Source: Paramecium tetraurelia (Eukaryota). Taken from it: a stretch of DNA of 64,000 nucleotides. The DNA lies in assembly GCA_000165425.1 (NCBI GenBank), contig CT868678.1, forward strand, positions 62,001-126,000. Reading direction: 5' to 3'. Below the pieces are notes generated by a model. That model was not told the DNA's origin, made no database searches, and was given only the letters and a program-made list of their open reading frames with translations. Positions 38,501 through 51,251 of this stretch are shown here, piece after piece. Every line of letters begins with the position of its first letter. Position 1 is the first letter of the stretch. A program made the translations under genes and the position numbers.

Positions 38501-41109
38501 ATAATTAATGTAAATGTGGAGTTGGCTTTTATGAACAGAATGACACGTGTATAAAGTGTAAGTATCCTTGCATCGATTGTTCAAATGAGACTACTTGTTT
38601 ATAGTGTGCTTAAATTTAGAAATTAAGTTTGAGTAATTAATAGAAATGTATATGCTAAGATGGATATTATTGGTCTATTTCTGAATGTTAACTTTGCCAT
38701 ACAAATTGCCTAACATGTCAAGAGACAAGCATAAAATGTTTGAGTTGTGATTTATCTTTAAATAAGATACTATAAAATGATTAATGCGTTTGTACTTCAA
38801 ATTATTATTTATCTGATGAAAATACATGTACTACTTGCGATTCAGAACAAGGTAAAGTCACTGAAAGTTGCAAGTACAAAAACTGTAATGATTTAGTATG
38901 GACATATGGTGAGGACTGCGATGATGGAAACCAAATAATAGGTGATGGATGTTCAAATTGTAAGATTGATAACAATTACATATGTGCAAATACAATTATG
39001 TAAATATCACTATGTTATTAATGTTCTCAATTTTGTATTTCCTGCCAATAAAATTCAATTACAAAATTGAGTGAATGTGTAAAATGTAAGTCTGGATATT
39101 ATTTGAATGAAAATTTATGTTAAATCTGTGATAAATAATGTAAGGAATGCGAGTCTAATCCATAAAATTGTACATCCTGCAGATTTCTATAATTATCATC
39201 CTAAAGATGCAAATTATGCGAATCTAAATAAGGCTATTATTCAGATTACTCTATTAACACATGCTATACTAAATGCGGTGACTCTATTGTTGCAGATTCT
39301 GAATAATGTGATGACGGAAATTAAATTAATGGTGATGGGTGTAGTAATAAATGTCTAATTGAAAAAAAATTTATCTGTTAAAATGATGTTTGTATCACTC
39401 CAAATTATCCAAATCCAAAATTATCAATTTTTGGAACTCCAAAAAGATATGAAAAAGAAAGATCTTTTAAATTAGAATACAATGTTCCCCTCAAAATTAT
39501 AAAATCTACCTTTGATTTATCTTCTGATTTGAAATTCTATATTGAAAATAGATCTGGAGATGTGTATTTATTAGATTATCCATATTCTTTTATCTAAAAT
39601 ATGACTGAAGTTGAAAATTCGTATTATTATTATGAGGCAATAATAACATTGCAATTAAATTAATCATCTTAATATTAGATATTTAATATATATTTTCTCA
39701 ATCTATCTTTAATTCAATCTAAAGAAGGATATGAATAGATAATTGATCATGTAAAAGCATCGATTGAAGAATATTTATTAGTGGATGAAACAACCTAAAG
39801 TTTAACGGAAACCTTAGGCAGTTTCAGTATTAATTTATTTTACATTTTACTCATTTTGTTAGCAGTTTCAATTTTATTGGGAGGTTTGGATATTTTTTAT
39901 AATCTTTTAGATACAATTCAACTTTTATCCTATCTTAAGTATATCAATTTAAAATTCCCTTATAATTTACAAACATATTTTGAGATTTTTGGATTTGCTT
40001 AACTTTCATTTATTCAAAATTATTTAAAAATTGAAGATTTTTTTTCAGATTTTATTTCTATTTAAGACCTCAAACCTCTGCCTAAGAAAATTCGAGATGA
40101 CAATTATTCTTCTATTTATTTAGTCAATATCTGTCAAATACTGTCAGTATATGTAATGCTTTTTGGTATTTATTCTGTGGCTTTTATTATTCCACTTACA
40201 ATAAGATAAGTGAGATTCAAATATTATGAAGATTATCCTGAAAAGGATGCCTTTATTTTAAAATTAAAGGTATATTTTCTTTCGATTAAAATATTTATTG
40301 GAGAAATGTGTAGCAAAGTTGTCAATGAATTATTTTACAGTGGAATTCTGAGAACATTTATGGCAACTGCATATGATTACTCATTTCTTATGGTATTGCA
40401 AATTTATTCAATTGATATAAGTTCAAACTCACTTTTACTTTCTTTTAGTTCATTAATATCTTTACTTGCATTTTTATTTTATATTGCTATCTGTTTGCTA
40501 ATAATTTATTTACTTGGAAAACATAAACTCTCCTTGACATGTAAACCAAACATAGAAAAATTTGGTTCAATAATTGAGGGAATCAAACTCAAAAACAATT
40601 ATCAAAAATGTTTTAATGTTATATTATTAATAAAAAAATTAATGTTTATGATAATTCTAGTATTTTGTTATGAAGACCCATTAAGCTAAACCGTAAATTT
40701 ATTCTTATTATCTCTAATAACAGCTTTGTATTTATTTCATCATAAACCGATTGAAGATTAAAATGAATATAACAAATAATTATCAACGGAAATTAGTTTG
40801 TGTCTGACTTATGTCTTTCTTATTATTTTAATAATAAATGAACAAATAAAGAGGCTGAATATTAAAGAGTAATCATATATTGGCTGGATTTGCATCGTAT
40901 TCATAACTTCAATCATCGTGATTTAATTAATTATAGATTTAATACAATAATGGAGGATGCTATTGAAAAAGTTTGCTACTCTACGACGCTTTATAAATAA
41001 AATATCAAATATGTTTAAAAAGAAGGCAGAAGAAGCCCATCCTAATCAAAATGTTTTTGAAGAAATTCAAAATCATGAATTTTACTAATCTATAATTTTA
41101 TATAAATGA
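35585..41109 (+). CDS. Large cysteine-rich surface protein (furin-like/EGF-like repeats, two Myxococcus-type Cys-rich repeats, multi-pass TM C-terminus), about 1833 aa
   Basis: Signal peptide MKRRGLFLICILPLLCSA (intron 35628-35650), dozens of CxxCxxxCxxC...CxCxxGYY units, EDCDDGNQIIGDGC and EQCDDGNQINGDGC, then a polytopic hydrophobic region. TGA 41107-41109 is in frame with exon 2. Confidence 0.88.
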
Positions 41110-41535
41110 AACGAATTTAATTATTTAATTATGAATTCAAAATAATGATTTAAATTGAAAATATCTATCGTCTAATTTAATAAACATTAACTTGTAAAAT
41201 AATTTATTCATTAAAAAAATGAAAAAAAAACTTTTAAATTTTATAGAAGATAATTTATGGCAAATTAATCTATTAGTAAATGCGTTGAAATAATCATTTG
41301 ATATCTCAGAATTTGGATAATTTAGTAAAGGAATCAATATCAATTTTGTAATTACTATAGATTTTGAAGTTCTCTCCTTATAGTTAAATTATAATTAATG
41401 AATGATTTAATTTGTATTGAATTTAAAAAAAAACTTTAAGCATTTAATTAATAACTTAATTCTCTCTTCGATTAATAATAATTTATAGCAATCAAAAGTG
41501 ATTATAAAAATATTAAATTAAAATTAATAATAAAA

Positions 41536-42693
41536 TCAATTTTATAATTCTGTTGATAAATCTCCTGGAAAATATTATTATTTGATTTAAGATAATAAAG
41601 TGTTTTCAAAAGTTTTAGTTTAAAAGGACAAAGTCTCATCAATTTTATCTTTAAATTTAGGATTCATAGAATGGAATTCTAAAATATAATTAAAAACTAC
41701 ATTATTCAATTCCATCTCCATTTAAGGAATTAAAATATGGATGTTATAAGGCTGAGGCAATATTAAATCTATAGTATTATTGATTTTCAAGAAGATTTTT
41801 CATCAGGTCGCTTCCAGAATCTGGAATTTCTGGTGATTGTTCTTTATCATCTTAATTATTTCTTTAGTAGCTAATATTAATTTATAAATTAATACAATTT
41901 ATACATTAAAGTTCCGACTTTAAAAATGTCCAGCTCAAATTCATGATTTGTTGTATTTTAGAGAACAGCATTACTAATCCGATTAGTTTTAACTAATTGT
42001 CTTCATCAAACATAATATGAGATCGAGAAATACTCTTATGAGCTATGCACAGATTTTCTAGTCTTTTAATTGTTAAGAGCAAGTTCTTATGTAATTATAA
42101 AATTTACATAAACTATGATTTTTACCTCTTCATCTGTAAAATCATCATCAAAATACCTATACAAATGTTCCATTATCAAATAAATGCATGATTCTGACTC
42201 GTATACTTCATATATCATTGAAATAAACCTATGACCCTACAGTTTAAGTAATAAATTTATTTCATCATGAATAGACTCTATTGATCGATTACATTTCTTA
42301 TAACATTTGCAGGCATAAATCCTAAAATTTCTATTGCTCCTCAATTAACAGATCTAGGTTATATTATTCATATCATACCTTGGTTACATTGTTTTTGTTT
42401 AAGTAAATAGTTTATTGAAAAGTATAAAATTTTAATATTCCCTTAAACGAAACAAGACACCCTAAGCTCATTTTTAATTTTATCATATCTTCTGTCGCCC
42501 CATCAATCTAAAGATTCTCAATTTTAAACCCAATTATTTTATCTCCATAAAAAATCCAAGTTATGATTAAATTTAGAGAGAGTTTAAAGGTAATTCTTTA
42601 CTCTGAATTAACTAGATCCAAAGAGGACGATGATAATTCTATAGTAAAATTTTCATCTCCCATTTTGCAGGAAAAATACTTTATGTTTTACAT
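41536..42693 (-). CDS. Divergent protein kinase-like protein (pseudokinase) with a PH-like N-terminus; possible 1-nt deletion
   Basis: YACKCY, EINLLLKLQGHRFISMIYEVYESESCIYLIMEHL, IAHKSI (HRD lost), LKLIG (DFG lost), DIFKVG and ALQHPYF. TGA 41536-41538. Confidence 0.65.
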
Positions 42694-43347
42694 ATATTAA
42701 TAATGAATTAATGTTAAAAACAAAAATTAACATAATAACTAAAATATTAAATCTTTATTTGCTCTTTGGCTTTGTATAACAAATAAATAATATTCAAATC
42801 TTTTGTTACAAGTTAATTATTTTATGTCTTTGAGGAATAATCAAAAATCTGATAAGTTAAATTAGAAATTAATTTTAAACCTAAAAAAAAATATTAATGT
42901 ACTTAAATTTATTATATATTTATATCAATTGAATTATGGAAAAATAAATTTTTATTAAAAAATGGATTTTTTAAAATCCATTATATAAAATTATTCTAAA
43001 CAAATCCCTTAAACTTAAGAAGCGAATAAAAATGAATATAATAATTATTTATTATATCCTGACAAGAAAATAATTTTAGTTCAGATCAAAATTTTGCAAT
43101 TTCTAAAATGAGGGAATTTAAAATTAAGTTTAAAATAAAGTTAGTACATTTATACAAAAAGATAAATATAAAAGAAAAATAAAATTTAAGGATAGATAAT
43201 TAAATAAAAATAAAGAAATAGTACATCAATTTTTCAGAATGAATAAATGGATTGTTTAAATATTTATTTATTTAATAACAAGCATAAAATACGACTAAAA
43301 TTTAGTCATCCTAGGTCAAAAAGACTGTTTGTACTTTAGATTACACT

Positions 43348-44917
43348 TCAATAAAGTAAATTATAATCAAATTTCTTTTCATAGATTTTGGTTTGACTTC
43401 CAATTTAAAATTAATTGTATACTTGAGCTTTTTCATATCCTTCACCATTATTATACATTGTCGTTTTTTATAATGATTTTCGCAACATATCTAAATAAAA
43501 TATAATTAAGCTTTATACCATGGTTAATGTAGAAATGTTCTCTTTTACTTTTTACAAATGAAATTGCTTCATTCAATGGTACTTATAATACTGTAGCCAA
43601 ATATAATACGACCAGAGAAGGAGCTCTTCCTATGCCTGATGTACAATGTACATAAACAAATTCATAATTGTTTATTAGCTTTTTTAACATTTAGACTGCT
43701 TTGAATGCTTTTTTTTCAAAATCAACTGGATCCATATCAAAAATTTCAAAATTCTTCATAACCATATCGTTTTTTTTATAGGTATTTTGTATCTCATCCC
43801 AATCAACCCCTCTATGATATATATCTAACCTTGTTTATAGATTTAAAACAGCTTTAATTCCATTCTATTTTAATACTAGTATATCCTATTCATTTTGAGG
43901 ATAAGGTCCAATAATAATATTTTCACTTATTTGGGAGATAGTAAATTAGACTACAAAATTCCAATCTAACTTATTAAGTCTTCCGAAAGACTCATAATAA
44001 AAGAAAGAAGGTTCTTTATCAGAAAAGGAATAACCCAGATTTGTTTCTTTATTGATTTTTAGTTGCCTATCAGAACAAAAGGATCCATTTTTAAATTTTT
44101 ATAATCTATAATTTTGGCAAGCGGCTAATAACTATGTTTTAATTTTGATAGGAGAATTGGCATATGCATTTTGAACTTATCTAAATGACCTTAAGTCACT
44201 CGATTTTAAGTATCTTCCATTTCCTCTCTCCCATATCATTGAGCCATTTTCATCATTTCTAATTACATAAAAGTATCTAAATGAAAAATTCATAGGATCT
44301 ACAATAAACGAAATAGACCATTATTAAACTGGTTCTCCATTCACTTAAATAAGAATAAAATCTACATATATCAATCTTTTATTAACACTTCATTAATACT
44401 GGATGACTCCATTATCCTAATTACTCTATAGAGCCGACAATCATCATCCTTTATCTTTAAGTTAAATTGTAATTTAATTTTAACTTGATTGTTCTATACC
44501 CCCAATATTCACCTTTAAAAATTGATTATTGAAAATACAATTAAAATATTCAGATTTGGTTTCATTTTAAATCATATGAGTAGTGATTACCCTATTTTCT
44601 CCTGGTTCCCAAATACTAGCTTATAGACTAGGATTTTCGTAATTGTTCACAATAAATTTATATTCAATCTTCTAATATTGAGATCGATCGATTTTGATAC
44701 ATATAGTCCATTCATCATTCTTATTATAGACTTAGATATGTTTTACCTCATTCCATTATAAACGTAATCCTTTTACTGGATTCCAATTTCCCAACTATTT
44801 ATTATCTCCAACTATGTATATTGCTTTACCAGATTCTGTATGGTAATGAATTTTAAAATACACCTTAAAATATAAAGAACCTAGAGTCATATTAGTAGAC
44901 ATTGATTGTTATTTCAT
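43348..44917 (-). CDS. Laforin-like glucan phosphatase: two CBM20 domains plus a dual-specificity phosphatase domain
   Basis: CBM20-1: IYIVGDNKQLGNWNP...IEYKFIV...IWEPGENR. CBM20-2: MIVGSIEQLGQW...YFYVI...IWERGNGR. DSP: IIIGPYPQ, AVLNLQT and VYVHCTSGIGRAP. TGA 43348-43350. Confidence 0.88.
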
Positions 44918-46149
44918 TATTATTTATGGCAAATTTAAATATAATATTTCATTATCAATTACATCATTTAATTAGTTCCATGCATTTCCATTTCTTACAG
45001 CTTTGATATTTCAATAATGGACGATTTGATCAAAACTTTAGATTCTAGATGCAATTCTTGAGTTACCATATAATTTTAGATCATTTTTTGTCTTAATTTA
45101 ACTTTCAACTTATGTCTAATTTTTGCAATACACTTCTTGAGAAAAAAGAGAATACAATTACAATTTCATATATTATAATTTATAGACTATATTAAACGCA
45201 CCTTTTTATTAATTTTAATGAAGTCAGTTTTTAATTACTCAGCCGATTAATAACCCTAAAAAATTATTTGTCAATCCATATAAGTATGCATTTAGTAGAA
45301 TAATTTGATAAATATGTATCGATTGTATCCTTTATGGACATTCTTTTGTTTTTGAAGCTATTGGAGCAGGTTCTATAACATAATAAAAAATAAATTATAT
45401 TTAATTAATTGGATATTTTTTTTGTTTGCATTACATCTATCACAAATAATTTACTCAAAATACAATCAGATAATAAGTCCCTATATTTCCTGAATAACAT
45501 TTGAACGTTTTTCTTATTCATTATGTAATTTTGTAATTATTCTCTAAGTTCTATTGATATTCTCTTAAATGCAAAATTATTTGTATAATAATCTATAGCT
45601 GTAAGATCAAGAACATTTGATTTTAATTTAACATTACCAACTGATTATTCAATTTTAGTATGAAAACTTGATTAATAATAATATTATTCAATCAATTTAA
45701 TTTGCAAAAAAACTTAGATGTTTCTGCTAGAAAATGTTATGATGAAACATTGTTTAGATGGAACTAAAAAAAAGCACGGAATAGCGCCCAGAGTAATGGA
45801 TTCCTGAAAAGAAGTAACTCTTTGGCAAGTCCGCTTAATTAAATAAAATCAGATTATTTTAAATATTTTCATAATTAAGAGAAAGATTATTATGGGATTA
45901 TGATAATATTTATTATTAGAGTTATATTTAGGCAAATTATTTAAATCCAATAGTTTTAAGTAGTTTAATTTGAAATTGGTCTAAACCAAAGAAGTCCAAT
46001 ATTATTATGTACTTAATTTAATTGAAAGTTGTTTTTTAAACAATATATGATATTTTAATAATATTTTACATCAAAGTATTTATACCAAAATTATTGTGAT
46101 AAATTTTGTCAAATTTAATAAAGATATTATTAATTTGTTAAAATATCAA

Positions 46150-47312
46150 ATGGCACCATTACCAGAACCAAGTAGCCAAAATGTTCAATCTGTTGAAAAT
46201 AAAGATGTATGAAATAATAATTAAACTGAAGGTTTTCAGATTCATTTACAAGAACAAGGAGTATGATGTTTCAGAATATGTTCCCAAGCATCCAGCAGGT
46301 AAATCCTTTTTTGATAAGATGAAGGATGAGAAAGAAGATTTTACAGAATATTTTAGGTAAAATTATTGATTTATTGATAACTTAGATGTCTGCACTCCAA
46401 AAGAGCTTTGAAAATATTAAAATCTTAGAAGGTCGTGAGGTCAAACATAAAGGAATCAGAGGAAAGCAAATAATATTCTCACATTAAAAAATAAGTGAAA
46501 AATCTGTTTGAACCTGATTGGACAATAGAACTTCTCCTCTTTGTTGGATTGGCATTAGGATTATATTTAGGAGTTACTAGTGATTGGTGTATAGCGATTC
46601 CTTCAATTGTATTGACCCAAATAGTAGCTGGGTAAGATTTAAAATATATATTTTTAGTTGGTAAGGACATTCAACCAACCACAACAGAAATCCGTTGTTG
46701 TACAAGTTGTCTATTCCTTATGGAATTATTCATGGTTTTTCTGCTGATTGGTGGCAATTCAAGCATAATAACCATCATATCTTCACAAATAGAATCGGGA
46801 AGGATGATGATATTAATCACACATATTAACTGTGGTAATATGGATTCCTCTATTTAAAGTACATATATATAAATCATATTTTAGATGGAAATTCGATTCT
46901 TTTCTTGCATCATACAATAAGATTGACATCATCTACATTCTCATTCATTAAATAATAGTGTTCTAATAAAAAATATGGATATATTTAGTTGCTTAATACA
47001 TAGCAGGATTCTTCAGTGCTTGTATATTGATAGGAAATCATGAAAGAGAATACAAGTTCTTCAATAAAATTGACAAGCCTTTTATTGAACATTAAATTAT
47101 CACATCTAGAAATTATGATTGGACTGGTAATTTTCATTAATAATTAAATATTAGATTGGTTATCTAATTTGTTGATGGGAGGTATGTAATTTTAAACAGA
47201 ACACCATTTGTTTCCACAGATTCCCTTTTATCGATTGCCTTACGCAGCTAAAATTATTAATAGAGAATTAAATAAATTTGGATACAAAATCCATATTGGC
47301 AAAATATTATGA
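46150..47312 (+). CDS. Cytochrome b5-fused front-end fatty acid desaturase (delta-6-like)
   Basis: YDVSEYVPKHPAG (b5 haem motif) and His boxes GHSTNH, KHNNHH and QTEHHLFP. Five introns of 25-29 nt; TGA 47310-47312. Confidence 0.92.
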
Positions 47313-47357
47313 ATAATTTATATAAACAATAAATATAGTAATATATTTAAATTCTAC

Positions 47358-50300
47358 TCAATATAATTTGCTAAACAGAAAGGCAAAGAAAGTGAGAAAA
47401 TGTTCTGTTTACTTCAAATCCATATTCATTCCATTCATAAATACAATGCCCTTCTGGTTTTTGTTAACTACTTTTATCATAAACTCATGGCCGCCGTTTT
47501 TTAATTAAACGAACACTTTTCCTCCAACAGAAAATTGATCAATTTGTATAAGCCAAGGGTGAAAAATTACTAGTTCTTCCAGCGATCTTAACTAAAACTA
47601 TTCGCTTTGACATTTCATTTCACAATCCTACAACTCTTCACTTGTAATGAAATTATAAACAAAGAACTTATTTGCTGGTCTGGCTATGCAAAATTGAAAA
47701 TTCCTCTTGAATTGTCCAAGACTAATAATAATAATACTATATTACTCCTAAACCGCATATCTACTGTTCATTTAAGAGAGATACAAATTGGAATAATCTT
47801 GTGTTCCCTAGAGTCCTTGACTTTAAGACATTTTATTAAAGTTGTATCCCATTTTTAGATTATTTATTGTGTACTTTATGTAGCAATTTAAATATACACT
47901 TTAAAGGTCATAATGTTAAAATGTTATCTCCTATCTGATGATCTCTCCTGGATTTAAGTACTATTAACTCACCTTCTCAGACCTTAATGTATATTCGTCC
48001 TTTACTAGAATAAAATAAATTTAAATTGATACTTTTATTGGAATTAAATAGGACGATTAAATTTTAGATTTCATATTAAGCTTTATTCTTCAATATAATT
48101 ATTACTTTATATCCTTATGCATCCATACTATCGTACTTTTCAGATTTTAATGTAACTATCAATTCATAGGTATCTAGAAGAGTTATGTGATCACTTAAAC
48201 ATTATTTCTTAAAGTTTTGGATCTCATAATCTTGAAGTCCTTTAAGTGACTACTTTTAAAACTAATAATTGGTTTAATATTTTTATATGTTATCCACTTA
48301 AGCATCTTTCATTCTACTTTCACTAAAATATTAAGATTATGTTTAATATAATGTCTAATAGGGTACAAATCCTTTTTATTGAGTATTGTATAGTAAATTT
48401 GATTGTGCAATTTTTACTTTTGAATATCCCTAATTCTAATGTTAAACATTCTATATAGGTTATTCCTCAAAGTGATCTTCTAAATCTAAATCGAGAGGTG
48501 AACAAATTTGCTTTTACTTTTAGTGTTATATATGTTGCTGTGAATCTTGGCCATAGTGTTATGCTTTCTATTCTGATATTCTTTACTATTCTTGCATTTC
48601 TTTCTCTCTATTCAACATTTCTGTTATTTAATCTAACTTTTTACCATATCCTTATACCAGATTCTCTATCATGAATACTTTTGAGTTGATTTTATCAATA
48701 TCGAAGTTATCTAATTCGTCATCCTATAATTTTTGCTAAAATTACTATGTTAATAATTATAACTAAGATTAAATATTGGATTAAAAAGATTTTTTAATAA
48801 TATCCTATAAACCTGGAATTAGTTATTCCGCTAATAATTAAGGATTTAGAGGCTCTTTATTACTATCTTTGCTTTCTCTAACTCCATGAAATCCTTTAAA
48901 AGATGTTGGGATTTCTTAGGACTGCACTTTTATTGATGGTTGAATTACTTTTGATTCTTCAATTGATTTCTCTTAGAATTCTGTTAAAGTATTCTCCTAA
49001 AATTATGTTGAGTTTCTATTTTATATTGCTTAACTCTAAGTGAGAGATTCCTCCTACATTTCTGTTATTGATTCCAACTATTTTTTCAGTTCTGGCTTGG
49101 CTTCAAATTAAGAATAATCAAATTAAGGAAAATCCTTATCCCATTTTGGTAATTCGTTATTTTCAACCTCATCGAAGGGATTATTTTTCTTTTTGTCATT
49201 AGCTGATTTCGAAGAATTAGTGATTGATTGAAAGGGAGGAGATTGATTAGGAGTTGCATTTGGTTAAGAATTCTCATTTACTGATTTTGTTTGTTTGTTA
49301 CCCTCATTTCTTGGAGTTATCTTTAGTTCTTATTATTAATCAACCAATTACTAAGAAGAGATTTTATACTAATTTTATTGCTATTTTTAATTAAAATTTT
49401 AAGTTTCAATAGTTTGGTCGAAATCATCGAAATCATAATAGATTTCCTCTTCAAAATTTTGTTAAGATTCTTAGAATGACTTAAAGGAATTATGACTCAT
49501 TATTCTATTATTCTCGTGTTTTAGACTCTAATCAGTTTACAATTATTTTAAATATGGTAGGTCACCATTATGATTAGATTCATTCGATTAAATTTCATGG
49601 GATTAAATTAAGCCGTTTAAGTTTTCTATTGGAATTTATGTATTAGGATTTTATTCCTTAAAGGGTAAATTTTAATTATCTTGAAAGGGTTCCATGTGAA
49701 CTGGAAAATTTGGCTGAAATTCCTCATCTTCGAATTATTGATTATCAGATTCTATAAATTTGTATGACTGTTATTTTTATTATTATTACTCGTATTATTA
49801 TTAATTTTGCGCTTATATTTAAAATATATCTTATTATTATAAGGGATTTTCTGGTTTTTTCAACTAATTTGATGATTGAGGATCTGATTGGGGAATGAAT
49901 TCTTGCCAAACTTAAATGGGAGCTAAATTAGATGCTTTTGGTTCATTGGCAAATTAAGATTATTTAATTATGTCTTATGGTAGATTTACTTCTTAATCCT
50001 TCATTTTGAAGATATTGTCCTGAATTTGGTTATCATGTGATTATTATAGAGGATTAAAATCTTGCCAAGGTATTTCAGAATCGTCCTCCTTAGTTTAAAG
50101 TTTACTATTTATTACATAATCATTTTATTAGAACTTTTTTTCTCTTTCCGAACTAAGATCGAATTGTTAAATTTATTTAATTATTTCTAATGATTAAATA
50201 GGAGAGTAATTTGTTGTTTGTTCAGGTTATTGTTATTGTTACAAAAAATAATAGGAGTTACTTTAAGGGGATATTTATTATCCATAGTTGAGTTATGGTT

Positions 50301-51210
50301 AGGAAGCAGTTTAATTTCTAATTTACGAGGATATGTTGGATCCAGGCATCTCATCACTGAGAGATTGTTAGGAGGGGACGACTTTAGGTTATTCAAATAT
50401 GTTTTATTAAACAGGAGTAGAATTAGCTTTATGGAAATTTAAATTTTAATTGTAATCTAGCTGTTAGAGTTGAAATTAAGAGAAATTATTTTCTGCAACT
50501 TCAAAATTAGCTTTTGGAGCAAAGGACTATGAATATAAGGAATCAGTAATCACATTATTTTAAGTCCCTTCATTCAAAAATTGATTGACTTCATGAAATG
50601 TGAAGGCCATTTATTATGTTTTTTAATGTGTAGAAGAAAATTCATTAAATTAGGGAAAATTTTATTTTTCAGGTTGATTCTCAGTCATCTTAAATATATC
50701 AAGTGGTTATTTCTCAGTATTGCCATAATTTTATATTCCTTAAGAATTAAATTTGTAGAATTATTCACTTGATGAAAATGCATTTTGGGAGTTGGTTTTA
50801 TTAAAAAGATCTTCAATATCTTTCATGTCTCTTGATTATTTTCTATTTTCTAATTATTGTTAAGCTTTAAGTTTTTCATATTCATAGGATGAATCAAATT
50901 CAACTCCTTTTTCTTCATTATTTATATTTTCGCCCATTTAAGGAAAGTCATCAAAACCATAGAATTGAATTTTTGACTACTGAAGTTCCTATTATGGGGC
51001 TGGTCCAAATTAAGCAATAAAATCTGCGTTCACAATAGGAGTTTAATCTTTAGGATTATAAATATTGGAGTTTGTATTGCTTTTTGGCGTAATGCTTCTT
51101 TCATCATAAGGAGTAAAGGTCTTATCTTGAGCACTTTTGAACTAATCCTGATTGGTTGATGATTTAGGGCTATAAAATTGAGTATTAGAATCGTTAGAGA
51201 TTTATGACAT
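47358..51210 (-). CDS. Large protein with a Q/N/S/P-rich disordered N-terminus and a folded C-terminal domain (possibly adaptin-appendage-like)
   Basis: Frame read open in the ciliate code at both ends (ATG 51210, TGA 47358-47360); repeated FDDF/DxF/WQDF motifs; C-terminal RPANKFFVYNFITSEEL segment. Confidence 0.6.
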
Positions 51211-51251
51211 TTATTAAAAATTATATTTAATTAACTATACAATATAGTTAT

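Noticed and set aside
35618..39358. Short N/M/H-rich ORFs in other frames across the Cys-rich gene
   Set aside because: By-products of the repetitive TGT/TGC codon pattern.
35650..39360. Periodic repeats that might suggest a CRISPR array or satellite
   Set aside because: The repeats are degenerate at DNA level and conserved at protein level (Cys spacing), so they are coding repeats in a eukaryotic gene.
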